From positions 1-34,360 of the forward strand of contig NW_021831941.1 of NCBI RefSeq assembly GCF_006345805.1: DNA of 34,360 nucleotides, in the 5' to 3' direction. A program made the position numbers and the translations under genes. The notes under the pieces are model-generated. The model had not been told where the DNA came from, searched no databases, and worked only from the letters and a program-made list of their open reading frames with translations. This DNA is from Octopus sinensis (lineage: Eukaryota). Numbering within the stretch: the stretch's first letter is position 1; each line of letters opens with the position of its first letter. Positions 10,555 through 21,454 of this stretch are shown in pieces.

Positions 10555-10715
10555 CGAAGTTATGGCCAAGCGGCAAAAGACTTCGCTTCACAATCATAGG
10601 ATTTTAGGTTCGATCTGACTGCATGACAGTATGTTTAAATATATTTGGCCATAACTTCGGATCTGCTCAAACCCTGTGCACAAAACAGAGGAGACGGAAA
10701 CTGCGTGGAAGCCAT
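10555..10715 (+). mobile_element. Old diverged copy of SINE family B (head plus central domain)
   Basis: tRNA-like head (ggccaagcggcaaaag...ggttcgatc), then ...gacggaaactgcgtggaagcc, resembling gacggaaactgaaagaagcc of the intact copy at 17198-17598. Confidence 0.55.
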
Positions 10716-11872
10716 CAATTCAAGGCGCCATATTCATTACACTTTGTCACGCTAATTTTCTTTCGTAGATTCCATTAATGGTTCACATTTCTGTAGATCA
10801 TTCAACATCTGACGCCGTGGTTCAGAGTTTATGTATCGAAGCGCTTTACATATATAACGTAGCGATTCTGAAAAATGTCAAATACCTAAGACTATCCATG
10901 CAATTAGTAGAGACAAATTCCCTCTAAATGTGATTCAACCTCAGACAACTCCAGTGATATCAACCGGGTGAAATTCGGGAAATGTGTATAATACAGGTGG
11001 ATGTTCGGATTACAAGTTTAATTCCTGGCTTTCTGTCGTATACGACGACGGGCGTTCCGGTTGGTGCAAGGTAAAAAACACCAACAACAAAAGCATTAGC
11101 AATAAAAGAGTAGTTAATAGTAAGTTTATGTCCAGCATCACGTGTATGCACAGAAATACATTGGGAAATTTACGTTCTACGCTAAAAAAAAAAATTAAAA
11201 TAAACATGGTAGAAGAATTTTAAACTTTTGCGGTGCGCCACCAAAAACATTACCAAAGTACGTAAAAGATTTTAATCACTGATGTTGTTTATGAAGCAAT
11301 AATTCGGGAAAGATTGGTATTGTTGGAACACAGAGCAGTCACCAGTCTAAATCATACTCAAATCAGACCAGATAGACCGTTATACAATGGAGGAAGCCTT
11401 ATTACAGACATAAAAACTGACATCCAATATGGAAGATATCACAAATGTCATTTGTAAAATAAACAGAATACTATACTAGAAAGGTAAATTTCCAAAATAA
11501 AACCTACTAACTATGTTAGACATTAAACAAATAAACATGAAGGCGAAATAAAAGTTATAACCGTGGTTAAGAATCTTTGGTTGTTGTTATCGCGGTTTTT
11601 ATTCTGAACAATTTTGAATTCTTGACCTCGGTTTGCAAATATTGTTTGGTATTGTAGATTCTTAGATATAAGGGGTAGTGGACTTCATCTGTCTCCTGGC
11701 CTTACACCATCATCATCATCATCTGGTTTGTTAGGTTCCGTAGGTGACGTCCACTCTATTGTAAACATTCTGGTCAGACTTCAGACCGGAGAATGACTTC
11801 TCCCTTTATCACTATAAGTCCTACAGATCTTAAAACGGTCGTACTTTCCTCTCTTCTTTACCTGACCAAGTC

Positions 11873-12008
<136 letters not shown>

Positions 12009-12017
12009 GAGCCATGT

Positions 12018-12369
12018 GAAGGCGCATGGCTCAGTGGTTAGAGCGTCAAGCTTACGATCGTGAGGTTGTGAGCTCGAATCCCGGACCGGGCTGCGTGTTG
12101 TGTTCTCGAGCAAGACACTTTATTTCACGTTGCTCCAGTTCACTCAGCTGTAGAAATGAGTTGCGACGTCACTGGTGCCAAGCTGTATCGACCTTTGCCT
12201 TTCCCTTGGATAACACTGGTGGCGTGGAGAGGGGAGGCTGGTATGCATGGGCGACTGCTGGTCTTCCATAAACAACCTTGCCCAGACTTGTGTCTAGGAG
12301 GGTAACTTTCTAGGTGCAATCCCATGGTCATTCATGACCGAAGGGGGTCTTTACCCCTTTACCCTTTAC
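12018..12369 (+). mobile_element. Full-length tRNA-Arg(ACG)-like SINE with CORE-like central domain (family C)
   Basis: Head ggcgcatggctcagtggttagagcgtcaagcttACGatcgtgaggttgtgagctcgaatccc with A and B boxes. Central ttctcgagcaagacactttatttcacgttgctccagttcactcagctgtagaaatg resembles the CORE domain. The tail is a tttaccc repeat. Confidence 0.85.
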
Positions 12370-12381
12370 ACACACACACAT

Positions 12382-12520
12382 AGGTGCAGGCGTGGCTGTG
12401 TGGTAAGAAGCTTGTTTCCCAACCACATGGTTCCGGGTTCAGTTCAGCCGCGTCGCACCTTGGCCAAGTGTCTTCTTCTACAGCCTCGGGCCGACCAAAG
12501 CCTGAAAGAAGTCCGTTGTG

Positions 12521-12576
<56 letters not shown>

Positions 12577-12788
12577 TGTGTGTGCGTGTCTTTGTGGTTG
12601 TCCTCCACCACCACTTAACAACCGATATTGGTGTGTTTATGTCCCTGTAACCTAGCGATTCGGTAAAAGAGACCGATAAAATAAGTACCTGGCTTATAAA
12701 GAATGAGTCCTGGGGTCGATTTCTTCGACTGAAGCCATGCTCCAGTATGGCCGCAGTCAAATGACTGAAACATGTAAAAGAATAAAAG
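12382..12788 (+). mobile_element. SINE family B with internal (TA)n/(TG)n microsatellite and a small internal deletion
   Basis: ggcgtggctgtgtggtaagaag...gcaccttggccaagtgtcttc...ggccgcagtcaaatgactgaaac is colinear with 17198-17598. The segment tgtgagtgga...ggaaa is absent between gcct and gaaagaag. Confidence 0.9.
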
Positions 12789-12820
12789 GATATGTGTGTG
12801 TATGTATGTTTATATATATA

Positions 12821-12896
12821 AGTAATATTCGTATCCACTTTAACATGGCTGTCCGTTCGAACGGACAGCCATGTAGAAGTGGCTACGAATATTACT
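12821..12896. repeat. 76-bp loopless palindrome (32-bp perfect core)
   Basis: acatggctgtccgttc|gaacggacagccatgt (12843-12874) is perfect. The arms extend to 38 bp each with 3 mismatches. Confidence 0.95.
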
Positions 12897-12948
12897 GGTC
12901 AGTACTGCGTTGATCTCTTAGAGATGTTTTAGAACTAGCTATTTTGTT

Positions 12949-12978
<30 letters not shown>

Positions 12979-12980
<2 letters not shown>

Positions 12981-13261
12981 CACGTGACCGAACAGACCAT
13001 CAGATGTTGCTACACATCGCTGGTCACAATGCATTCGCATTGTTTTAGCCTTCGAATGACGCCACCCCGCTGGCTAAGCGAGCAGGCCAACAGAAGAAAG
13101 AGTGGTGAAAGAGTACAGCAGGGATCACCCCCCCTGCCGGAGCCTCGTGGAGCTTTTAGGTGTTTTCGCTCAATAAACACACACAACGCCCGGTCTGGGA
13201 ATCGAAACCGCGATCCTACAACCGCGAGTCCGCTGCCCTAACGACTGGGCCATTGCGCCTC
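12979..13261 (-). mobile_element. Full-length tRNA-Arg(TCG)-like SINE (family D1)
   Basis: Reverse complement gaggcgcaatggcccagtcgttagggcagcggacTCGcggttgtaggatcgcggtttcgattccc..., then gtgtttattgagcgaaaacacctaaaagctccacg and a distinct 3' half ending ggtcacgtgata. Confidence 0.85.
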
Positions 13262-13288
13262 TCTCTCTCTCTCTCCTCTCTCTCTTCT

Positions 13289-13394
<106 letters not shown>

Positions 13395-13454
13395 AACATG
13401 TGTGACATTGTGATGGTGTTTAATCCGGTGACTCGGATGTTAACCTATTTCGAT

Positions 13455-13525
13455 TCCAGGATCGAAGAGAGCACTGTGTTCTTGAGCAAGTCACTTTCTT
13501 TAACGTTACACGAATCTATTCGGTT
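13455..13525 (+). mobile_element. Fragment of CORE-like SINE
   Basis: ttcgattccagg...gtgttcttgagcaagtcactttctttaacgtt matches the B box and central domain of 12018-12369. Confidence 0.55.
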
Positions 13526-14439
13526 CAAAATAAGTCGGCGCCGATTGTGGGTGCAGTCCCCCCCTCTCTCTCCCTCCCCTCATCCCACATGTTCCGCCGG
13601 ATCAAAGGTGAAAGGACAATTGTGTGGCTGCTACCACTCGCAATTACTTTGGCATCAAAACAATTATAGAAAAAACGACATACAAGCAAGCCATACTCGC
13701 TTGCTAGTGACGGCTGTAGTTTATATACATTGTTCGAGGACGTTGTTTATGTGATATGTTGTTCCACTAGGTTTGTTTTTGGTGTGATACCATTTTTGTG
13801 ATGTAATATGGATTGAAAAACAAAGTATCTAGTGGTCTGTGTTGGTTTTATTTTCTGTCCGTTTTGGCTTATGCTCTTTGTTTTATAAGTTCTGTTTTGT
13901 ACCTATAAGTTAATACCGTTTGTTTACTTTGATATTCTTACTTATAGTAATATGGTACAATCCCTGGCAACGTTTATAGTTTATCGCGGTTAACATCAAC
14001 GGATTGAATGTAATTGCTCAGGTGTCGAAACTATGGTGATATCTGTTTGGCAGCTGACGATGAGAATACACATTTGTTATGCTTGATTGGGAATTTCTTC
14101 TGCCTTAGTCTCATTATTCCAAGTTGTCCATCATTCTTGTAAAGTGTGAAATATTTGTGGATTCATAGTTTGTGGGGATCACTTCATTGGTATTGGGTGG
14201 CTTAGATAACGTTAGATATTGATGCCTAGTTTGGGGAGGTTCGTTTTATCATATATCTATAAATTTGTAACTCCTATTATCAAAGGAAACACGTGTAATG
14301 GTCAATAAATAATACCCAATTTTTTCCAATCTGTTTTGATACACACACACACACACAACACACACATATTAGAAATAAGAAGGGACTTAAATTTGATATT
14401 AACGTGACTAGAAACTAGAGTCCCTCTGTGCCTTAAACA

Positions 14440-15185
14440 ATTTATACCAACACCCACACATACTTAACCAAACCAAATACAGCTCTTCTCCGGACACCAC
14501 CTATTGCTCCTCATGTTTAACCACCGCAACCACGCAGCAAACGATTCCTTAATTTCCTAACTCGCTTCTGGCTACCCAGTAATTAATATCATAACATAAT
14601 CCCTCATCAAAGAAGGAAGTAAAAATACTTTTATAATTTTGGAAAAAAATAAATAAAAGCACAATGGAATGAGTTCTTCAAAGAAACAGAATCAAGGTTT
14701 TCAGAATTTCAACGACTCCGCTACCGCTAATATAGACATTACAGTACAATACGTCCAGCAACGCCACAATCACCAGCAGAGACATAATGGAACATTGCAT
14801 TCAGTAGCATCATAATCATCATCGAAGGTGCTAGAATGCTATACATTCGATGTCATCACAATCACGAACGTAAGCACTTCAGTGGAAAGATTTAAACGAA
14901 ATAATTATAGACACATCTAAAAAGAACATAACTCACATAAGGCAACATAAAAGAATACAGCCGAGTTCTAAATCAGAAATAGCGAACCTCGCGAAAGCCA
15001 GAGCCAACCGCAAACACATCTAAATCAAAATAGACCTCGACATCAAACAAATATACAAGGAAATAAGGAAAAATAATAAAATATAAATGGTTAAAAAGAC
15101 AGTTAACCAGGAAACATTCGTATCTGATATAAACGGCTGTACTAACAGTAAAATACTATTTAGAGTAATTAACGCCATTACCGCC

Positions 15186-15218
<33 letters not shown>

Positions 15219-15700
15219 TATAAGAGTTGCACTATACACATGTCGCAATCACAGCTTCAACTAATATACCCACAATGCACTACCAAAGAAATTATTTTCT
15301 GAGATATTTCTCGAAAATTTCAGCAAATTGATAAACGACCTTCCCACACTTTCCACAAAACATGAAGACAGCCTCAATCATCGACGACGTCGCATTCACA
15401 TTCTACCGCCATTCGACAGACACAGCTGCGCAACCATACAATCGCTATTTACATTACCTACAAACCTGGCTCTACAAAAATAGACTTAAAGCAGCTCCTG
15501 CCATATCCACCGCCCTCTTTGTTGCCTGCAACATTAGAGGACATCATATACAAACGGTCACCACATTCAAGAACGTTAACATATCACGCAAACACACACA
15601 CACACTGAAGGCAAAGCTAAGAGTTATTACATGCATTCACATTCACAACATACAAAGGCTTTTGTAACGCACAGAGGACATACATGAATAAATCGAAATG
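14440..15700 (+). mobile_element. Decayed I-group (Ingi/Vingi/Nimb-like) LINE ORF2 remnants: AP endonuclease end, linker and RT motifs
   Basis: Frameshifted pieces: SSSPDTTYCSS (APE C-terminal SSPD-T motif), NEIIIDTSKKNI...EIANLAKAR (linker), TFVSDINGCT, LINDLP, and IIDDVAF...LQTWLYKNRLKAAP (YADD-equivalent and downstream RT motif). Stops and an internal deletion are present. Confidence 0.7.
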
Positions 15701-16622
15701 AGCCACACACATACTTAGGGCAATCAGAAGTACAAGTTTTGGTCAAGAGAAGGAAACAGAAGCAATGGCGTAACAAACAATACATTCGATCTATCACCGA
15801 TAGTACTTAATCGAACCACAAAGCCACGACAAAAAATTACGGAAGTACACGAGGCAACAATCGACGCCTCGTAACAAATCTCAGATAGACCACGTCTACA
15901 TAGCAAATACTCAATAAAACAAATATACTAATATCGAAAGACCAGCTGCGGGACACAGTTTGTTGTTACAAGCTTCAACTCGTGCAAACCCCCGTGACTA
16001 AATGTAAATTCATTTCCACACTGCTATACCACTACAGCCATCACTTGCGGGAGAGTATGACCTCGTAGCTTATACCTTGCTTTCGCTGATTGTTTTCGGT
16101 GCCCGTGAAGTCACTCGTAGACATAGACACCCTCTCGATGCTGTGACCCATTTTGCCAGCGGAACATCGAGAACAGTGATCCTCGACCATTTTTTTAACT
16201 ATGGATTTCTTTCACTCTTCTGAGCCCTCATAGCAATTCGATGTTTAAAAAAAACCCAATATATTTTTACTACTAAATATTATTTGGAATATTTTGTGTA
16301 TTTTAGAAGCAAAAGCAATTTATTACAGATAAATTTTTAACTACAAAAGTGTTGTAGTGGAAATGGTACACCCCTCCCACGAGTCAAGTGGTATGGCCCA
16401 GCCACTGTCAAGTGAGACGACGTCAACCAGTATGGAGAGTCGTGTGTCAGTCGTTGTAGAATCGTTGTACGAGTTCTCAGTTGGAGTTAAGTGTCAGTTA
16501 CGTGTTATAGTCGAGTTCGAGTCACAGTCAAGCTAGACGGTTCAAAGTCGGTGTCTTGCAGAGCTATCAGCAATAGCACGATAGACGAAGCGGTGCATTA
16601 CCATTCCGGTATAGAAGAGATG

Positions 16623-16793
16623 TCGTTACGTTCTGAGTTCAAATTCCGCCGAGGTCGACTTTGCCTTTCATCCTTTAGGGGTCGATTAAATAAATAACAT
16701 TTACACACTGGGGTCGATATAATCGACTTAATCCGTTTGTCCGTCCTTGTTTGTCCTCTCAGTGTTTAGCCCCTTGTGGGTAGTAAAGAAATA
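16623..16793 (+). mobile_element. 5'-truncated SINE family A copy with 15-bp target-site duplication
   Basis: ggtatagaagagatg occurs at 16608-16622 and 16794-16808; the body matches 22258-22490. Confidence 0.92.
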
Positions 16794-16935
16794 GGTATAG
16801 AAGAGATGCACTGTGTCCGATACCAAGAAAATACTGTTGCTACGAAAGTAGACACAACAGCTACAGTCACAAAAGTGGCCACACATTATAACTGTGGAAA
16901 ACATCACATCAAAACAAAAAGCATATTTATGGATG

Positions 16936-16975
16936 GATCCCCAAGGGTCGTATGAACCTCAGTTGAGAACCACTT
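16936..16975 (+). mobile_element. Possible right end of an hAT-type non-autonomous DNA transposon
   Basis: gggtcgtatgaacctcagttgagaaccact resembles the GTTGAGAACCACTG terminus typical of hAT MITEs; no matching left end was found. Confidence 0.35.
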
Positions 16976-17115
16976 ATATAGAATGTAATAGCTAGATGGA
17001 GGAGGTGAAGAAGTGAGTGAGGGCAGCGGCACTACTCGACTGGTACTCATTTTAGTTAAGTGAAGCAACGGGAAATGAAATGCCCGGCTCAAAGCTAGAC
17101 TCATTATAGAGATAT

Positions 17116-17188
17116 AGCGGCTAAGGATTCGAACCTACGGCCTTATGATCGCGACCCCAACATCTTAACTATTAGGTCACGATTCTCA
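17116..17188 (-). mobile_element. Isolated tRNA-like SINE head relic
   Basis: Reverse complement gtgacctaatagttaagatgttggggTCGcgatcataaggccgtaggttcgaatcc has A/B boxes, but the acceptor and anticodon stems are poorly paired, so it is not a functional tRNA. Confidence 0.55.
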
Positions 17189-17197
17189 CGTTTCAAC

Positions 17198-17598
17198 TCT
17201 TTTACTCTTTTATTTGTTTCAGTCATTTGACTGCGGCCATGCTGGAGCACCGCCTTTAGTCGAGCAAGTCGACCCCGGGACTTATTCTTTGTAAGCCCAG
17301 TACTTATTCTATCGGTCTCTTTTGCCGAACCGCTAAGTGACGGGGACGTAAACACACCGGCATCGGTTGTCAAGCAATGCTAGGGGGACAAACACAGACA
17401 CACAAACATACACACACACATATATACATATGTACGACGGGCTTCTTTCAGTTTCCGTCTACCAACTCCACTCACAAGGCATTGGTCGGCCTGGGGCTAT
17501 AGTAGAAGACACTTGCCCAAGGTGCCACGCAGTGGGACTGAACCCAGAACCATGTGGTTGGTTAGCAAGCTACTTACCACACAGCCACTCCTGCGCCT
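17198..17598 (-). mobile_element. Full-length SINE family B
   Basis: Reverse complement aggcgcaggagtggctgtgtggtaag...gcaccttgggcaagtgtcttctactatagcc...internal TA/TG tract...ggccgcagtcaaatgactgaaac, with a taaaagag-repeat tail. Confidence 0.92.
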
Positions 17599-18090
17599 GC
17601 TTAACAATGAGACACATTTACAACCTGCATTTCCACCCACCCACCCCAACAACATCCTTAACATACTCTGTTTCCCAATCAACCTAAAGAAACACAGGAA
17701 ATACCGAAGATAATCTAAATCTGCGACGCCGATGGCCTCGTTGGTCCCAAACACTTATCTCATGATGCAGACAACTGTAAATGATATCCAAGGAGCCGTG
17801 ACTGAAACGTCCTGACGACGAGTGTGTTACCAAACTCCGCCGTGATGACAGCAAGAATCTATAGGCTTCGAGGAATGGCTTGGGCTGACGAAAAAAGGCA
17901 ATATTTATAGAGTATACAGCACTACCCCGGATACTTGGTGCACGGAGGTGGGGCACACAGTATGGTCCTTTAGGTAAGCAGAAACGTGTGAAGTCGGGAC
18001 TGAGGATCGACTCTCATCGTTCGGCCATTATCGTTCAAAGAAGATCTGGATCAACACAACAACAATGGAAACAACACAGACGCTCGCACA

Positions 18091-18151
<61 letters not shown>

Positions 18152-18935
18152 AAACAAACGCACGTACACAATTACCCTTGACCCCTGATTCCCTCACCAA
18201 CCCACTACAATCACTGTTTCACTATGTGCTGTGTCCTCTCCTTAAATTATCAACTTCTACACTCTTGTTCTTGAGAAGATGCCTCGGTGATTTGTGGTTT
18301 CCATGGAAGAACTATCCACCATCTCAATTTTGGAAAGATCAGCCATAAGTAGCTGCTCAGACCGTCTATAAACAGACGTACAGGACTGCAGCGGGGCCTC
18401 TGACGAATTCTGAACCATAACTCTCAGATTTCCCCAACCTACAATCATGAAATAGCGTATCTCCATAAAAGACAAAGTGTTACCATAAAAGGCATTAACA
18501 TTTGCGTGAATATGGCTCGACCAGTCAACACTGATTGACTTATTATGATTGACGCAGTAAACTTCAAAGGCAAATTACGCCAACCAGTTTGGTCGAAGAT
18601 TCTAGAAGGATGGCTTGCAGCTATAAAAACTGCCAATTTCAATCTCAAGTCAGAGAGCCATTAAGCCGTCCAGAGGAATCTGTATCATTTGTTTCAGTGA
18701 GTCAGTCACTCTCTCTCCCTCTTTCACTTTTCTTATATAACATGTTTATCTTCTACCCAACAAATGGCACCAACCTTCGCTCTGGTGTTGGGTGGCATGC
18801 ATTAACTCTAAGCAGGGATTTAAATTCCTTAGATTATATTTATTTCATGATCCAGCAAGTTACATACAAAAGATTTCTAATTGCTAAATCCGTTGAACGT
18901 TATTTGATCCATTTATTGGATGTACACTTCTAAAT

Positions 18936-19135
18936 AAGGCAATGAGCTGGCAGAATCGAACAAAACCTCGAACAACATGCTTAGCAGCATTTCTTCCGGC
19001 TCTTTACGTTCTGAGTTCAAATCCCGCCGAGGTCAACATTGCCGTTCGTCCTTTCGTGATCGATAAAATACAGTACCAGTCAAGCAGTGGATTCGAAGTA
19101 ATCGACTTGCCCCCCCCCCCCTTAAAATTGCTGGC
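18936..19135 (+). mobile_element. SINE family A, alternative tail (A2)
   Basis: aaggcaatgagctggcagaatcg...ttctgagttcaaatcccgccgaggtc...gtaatcgact, followed by ccccttaaaattgctggc instead of the A1 tail. Confidence 0.85.
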
Positions 19136-19377
19136 ATCGAACTCTGCAATGGATTGGAACCTCTTTCAAGAAGAATGTTGGAATCTCAGTCAATTCCTTA
19201 TCATGGAACCTGGATAACTGGTTCCACGAGTCCTAAGACTCGAAGACAAAACGGTCGATGTCTTCACTCACAACCAGCCTAACACTGTAAACAGCCAAGA
19301 ATATTTGACTGACAAAGGACTGTTTGCACCGGATTCTTCGGTGCAGGAGAGGCTGAATAACAAGAACTATGCTTCCA

Positions 19378-19782
19378 ACCACAGCTGCATGGGATGGAGT
19401 ACACGCAGTCTTTGGTCATATTCTCTTCTATTGGTGGTTTTACTCGAAGGAGATATTTGCAAAGTGTTGTATTACTCTTGAATACTGTCCTGATGTCATA
19501 TGGGCCGCATATCTTTTGTATCTTTTCGGAGAGGCTTTTCACATAGGATAGACAGACTGTGGACAGTTTATCGGTTTCATCCTCTCTTTTCTTCGTAACT
19601 GGAGTGGAGAGTATGCTTTTGGGGTAGTTGTTGCTTAACAGACTGTTACTGAGCTTCATCATTTCTTTGTGGTGGGTATCACGATCGCTACTTATATTCA
19701 TTACTCAATGTTTTAGGCACTGAGCAATCTCTCTCTTTACACTGTGTGGACGGTGGAAGTTGAAGTTGAGGTATTGTCCAGT
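19378..19782 (-). mobile_element. Penelope-like retroelement ORF fragment (RT C-terminal linker and start of GIY-YIG endonuclease)
   Basis: TGQYLNFNFHRPHSVKREIAQCL...NNYPKSI...LSYVKSLSEKIQKICGPYDIRTVFKSNTTL...CVYSIPCSCG is the characteristic PLE motif order. It breaks off before the expected YIGET and has an in-frame stop upstream. Confidence 0.85.
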
Positions 19783-19910
19783 GAAGGAAATGTCATGTGG
19801 TCAGATGGTAGTCTCACCATTCAAATCAGACATGTTTTTATGCCCTCACCGCCCTTCGTTATTCGTCCGAAATAACTCTGCACCTCAGTGCTTGAAGAGC
19901 AGAGCTAAGA

Positions 19911-20123
19911 TTGGTTTCAAAGTGTGGCACAAGGCCACCAATTTCGGAAGAGACGATAATTCGATTACATTGACTGCAGTACACAACAAGTACTTATTTT
20001 AAAGGCCCCCGAGTAGCTGAAAGGCAAAATCGACCCCGGTTTCCGAACTCAAAACGTGTAGTCGAAAGAAATGGCACTAGGCATTTTGTCCGGCGCGGTA
20101 ACGATTCTGCCAGATCGCTGCTT
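19911..20123 (-). mobile_element. Diverged SINE family A, tail A2
   Basis: Reverse complement ...ctggcagaatcgttaccgcgccggacaaaatgcc...gattttgcctttcagc...aaattggtggccttgtgccacactttgaaaccaa. Confidence 0.8.
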
Positions 20124-20299
20124 TGAGTAGAGTTAATATTAAAATGATAAATATTAATAGCAGACACCTTTGAGATGTTCCAGAGAAAGCTGACTGTCTC
20201 ACCATTGAATATCAAATCACTGAGGCACAAATATGCTATAAAGAACATTTATGGAAACACAATGAGCGATTCCACAAAACAGCTTTTCTGGCGTGAAAT

Positions 20300-20640
20300 G
20301 GAAATTGGAAAAGATCTACAAGTAAGCTTGAAAGTAGATGTAAGGGTTGCATAAACTGCAAACAACAACCAAAAAGCAAAAACAAAAAAGTAACCGAGGA
20401 TAAACGGGTGGGACAAGGAAGAGCTGACGGTAAATTGGAATGATAAGATGGATTTCTGTTCCGAAAGGATGCAGTGTGTTTCAGAAATGGTAGATTGAAT
20501 ATGTCAAACTAAAACGTGCCTCACGTCAAGGCACCATTCTGAAGTTGCCTGATAATCCGAAGAACTAGATGTGTGATGTTTGTGGATGTGTTCGTCGTTC
20601 AAAAGCAGGCTTTGTGTTAATCCTATGAAAACATACACAC
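20300..20640 (+). mobile_element. Decayed RTE (BovB-like) LINE C-terminus with CxxC...H zinc-finger-like motif
   Basis: WISVPKGCSVFQKW*IEYVKLKRASRQ...MCDVCGCVRRSKAGFV, then (after a frameshift) MKTY, matches the RTE C-terminal pattern. Confidence 0.65.
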
Positions 20641-21216
20641 ATACTTCAGAAATAATCTCTGGATTATCGCCTTTGATCTCTGCATTCGCAAAATATGCTA
20701 ATGCTTAAGACTGTCATTCTACAGAAAGATCCAATCATTCTTGGAGAGTGGCTGAGTTCAGACCGCCATGTTTGTTGCAGGCGTTTTAAATCATCATCAG
20801 CCGGTGTTAAGGGGTCATCTCCGAACAAATAGGTCTGTGATGTTAAATGGAGATGAATTGAACAAAGAATAAATGAGACGGCTATAATCTGGCGTAATGA
20901 AGCAATTATCGTGGGTGTCATAATTGGTTTTGTGTTAGATTATGTTCCTAGTAGCAAAAAGCGATTTGCTGCGGAGACATTAGCGTCGGCCCAGAGAGAA
21001 CTTGCGCAGTTCATGAGGAATACATGGTTTGTAAACCATTGGCGTTGCGTCTTTTCTGTTGGGGAAAATGGCCCCTCTGACCAGTGTGTGTGTGTGCGTG
21101 CGTGTGTGTGTGTGTGTGTGTGTGTGACTCGTTTGGCTTCCTTTACTGTCTTCAATATGTGTTGTGAATGTAGTAGTTATTGAATTCAATTTTTCAGTGT
21201 GAGGTTTATTTATGCT

Positions 21217-21449
21217 TATTTCTTTACTACCCACAAGGGGCTAAACACAGAGAGGACAAACAAGGACAGACAAACGGATTAAGTCGATTATATCGACCCC
21301 AGTGCGTAACTGGTACTTATTTAATCGACCCCGAAAGGATGAAGGGCAAAGTCGACCTCGGCGGAATTTGAACTCAGAACGTAGCGACAGACGAAGTACT
21401 GCTAGACATTCCGCCCGGCGTGCTAACGTTTCTGCCAGCTCAACGCCTT
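21217..21449 (-). mobile_element. Full-length SINE family A (A1)
   Basis: Reverse complement of an aaggcgttgagctggcagaaacgttagcacgccgggcgg...aaagaaata unit; imperfect 9-bp TSD atttatgct / atctatgct. Confidence 0.92.
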
Positions 21450-21454
21450 ATCTA

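Noticed and set aside
12021-12093. tRNA-Arg-like sequences (also the heads at 13190-13261, 17116-17188 and 33265-33336)
   Set aside because: The cloverleaf stems are imperfect and the heads continue into SINE bodies or are relics; they are not tRNA genes.
14024-14065. GAAAC followed by CTGACGA as a possible type-II hammerhead
   Set aside because: The triplet would be GUG (non-cleavable), and stems I and II do not pair.
13750-14260. T/G-skewed tract suggesting an antisense retroelement ORF
   Set aside because: Minus-strand translation shows many stops and no diagnostic motif.
16360-16607. LTR-like agt/gagt-rich segment
   Set aside because: No TG...CA termini, primer-binding site, polypurine tract or second copy could be identified.
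17911-17973. Possible plus-strand exon ending at TAG|gtaagc
   Set aside because: The acceptor is weak, there is no recognisable peptide, and no frame-compatible neighbour exon could be shown.
20664-21060. ORFs containing YLFGDD and MVYKPCIP, reminiscent of LINE motifs
   Set aside because: The motif spacing does not fit RT or RTE consensus well enough to call.
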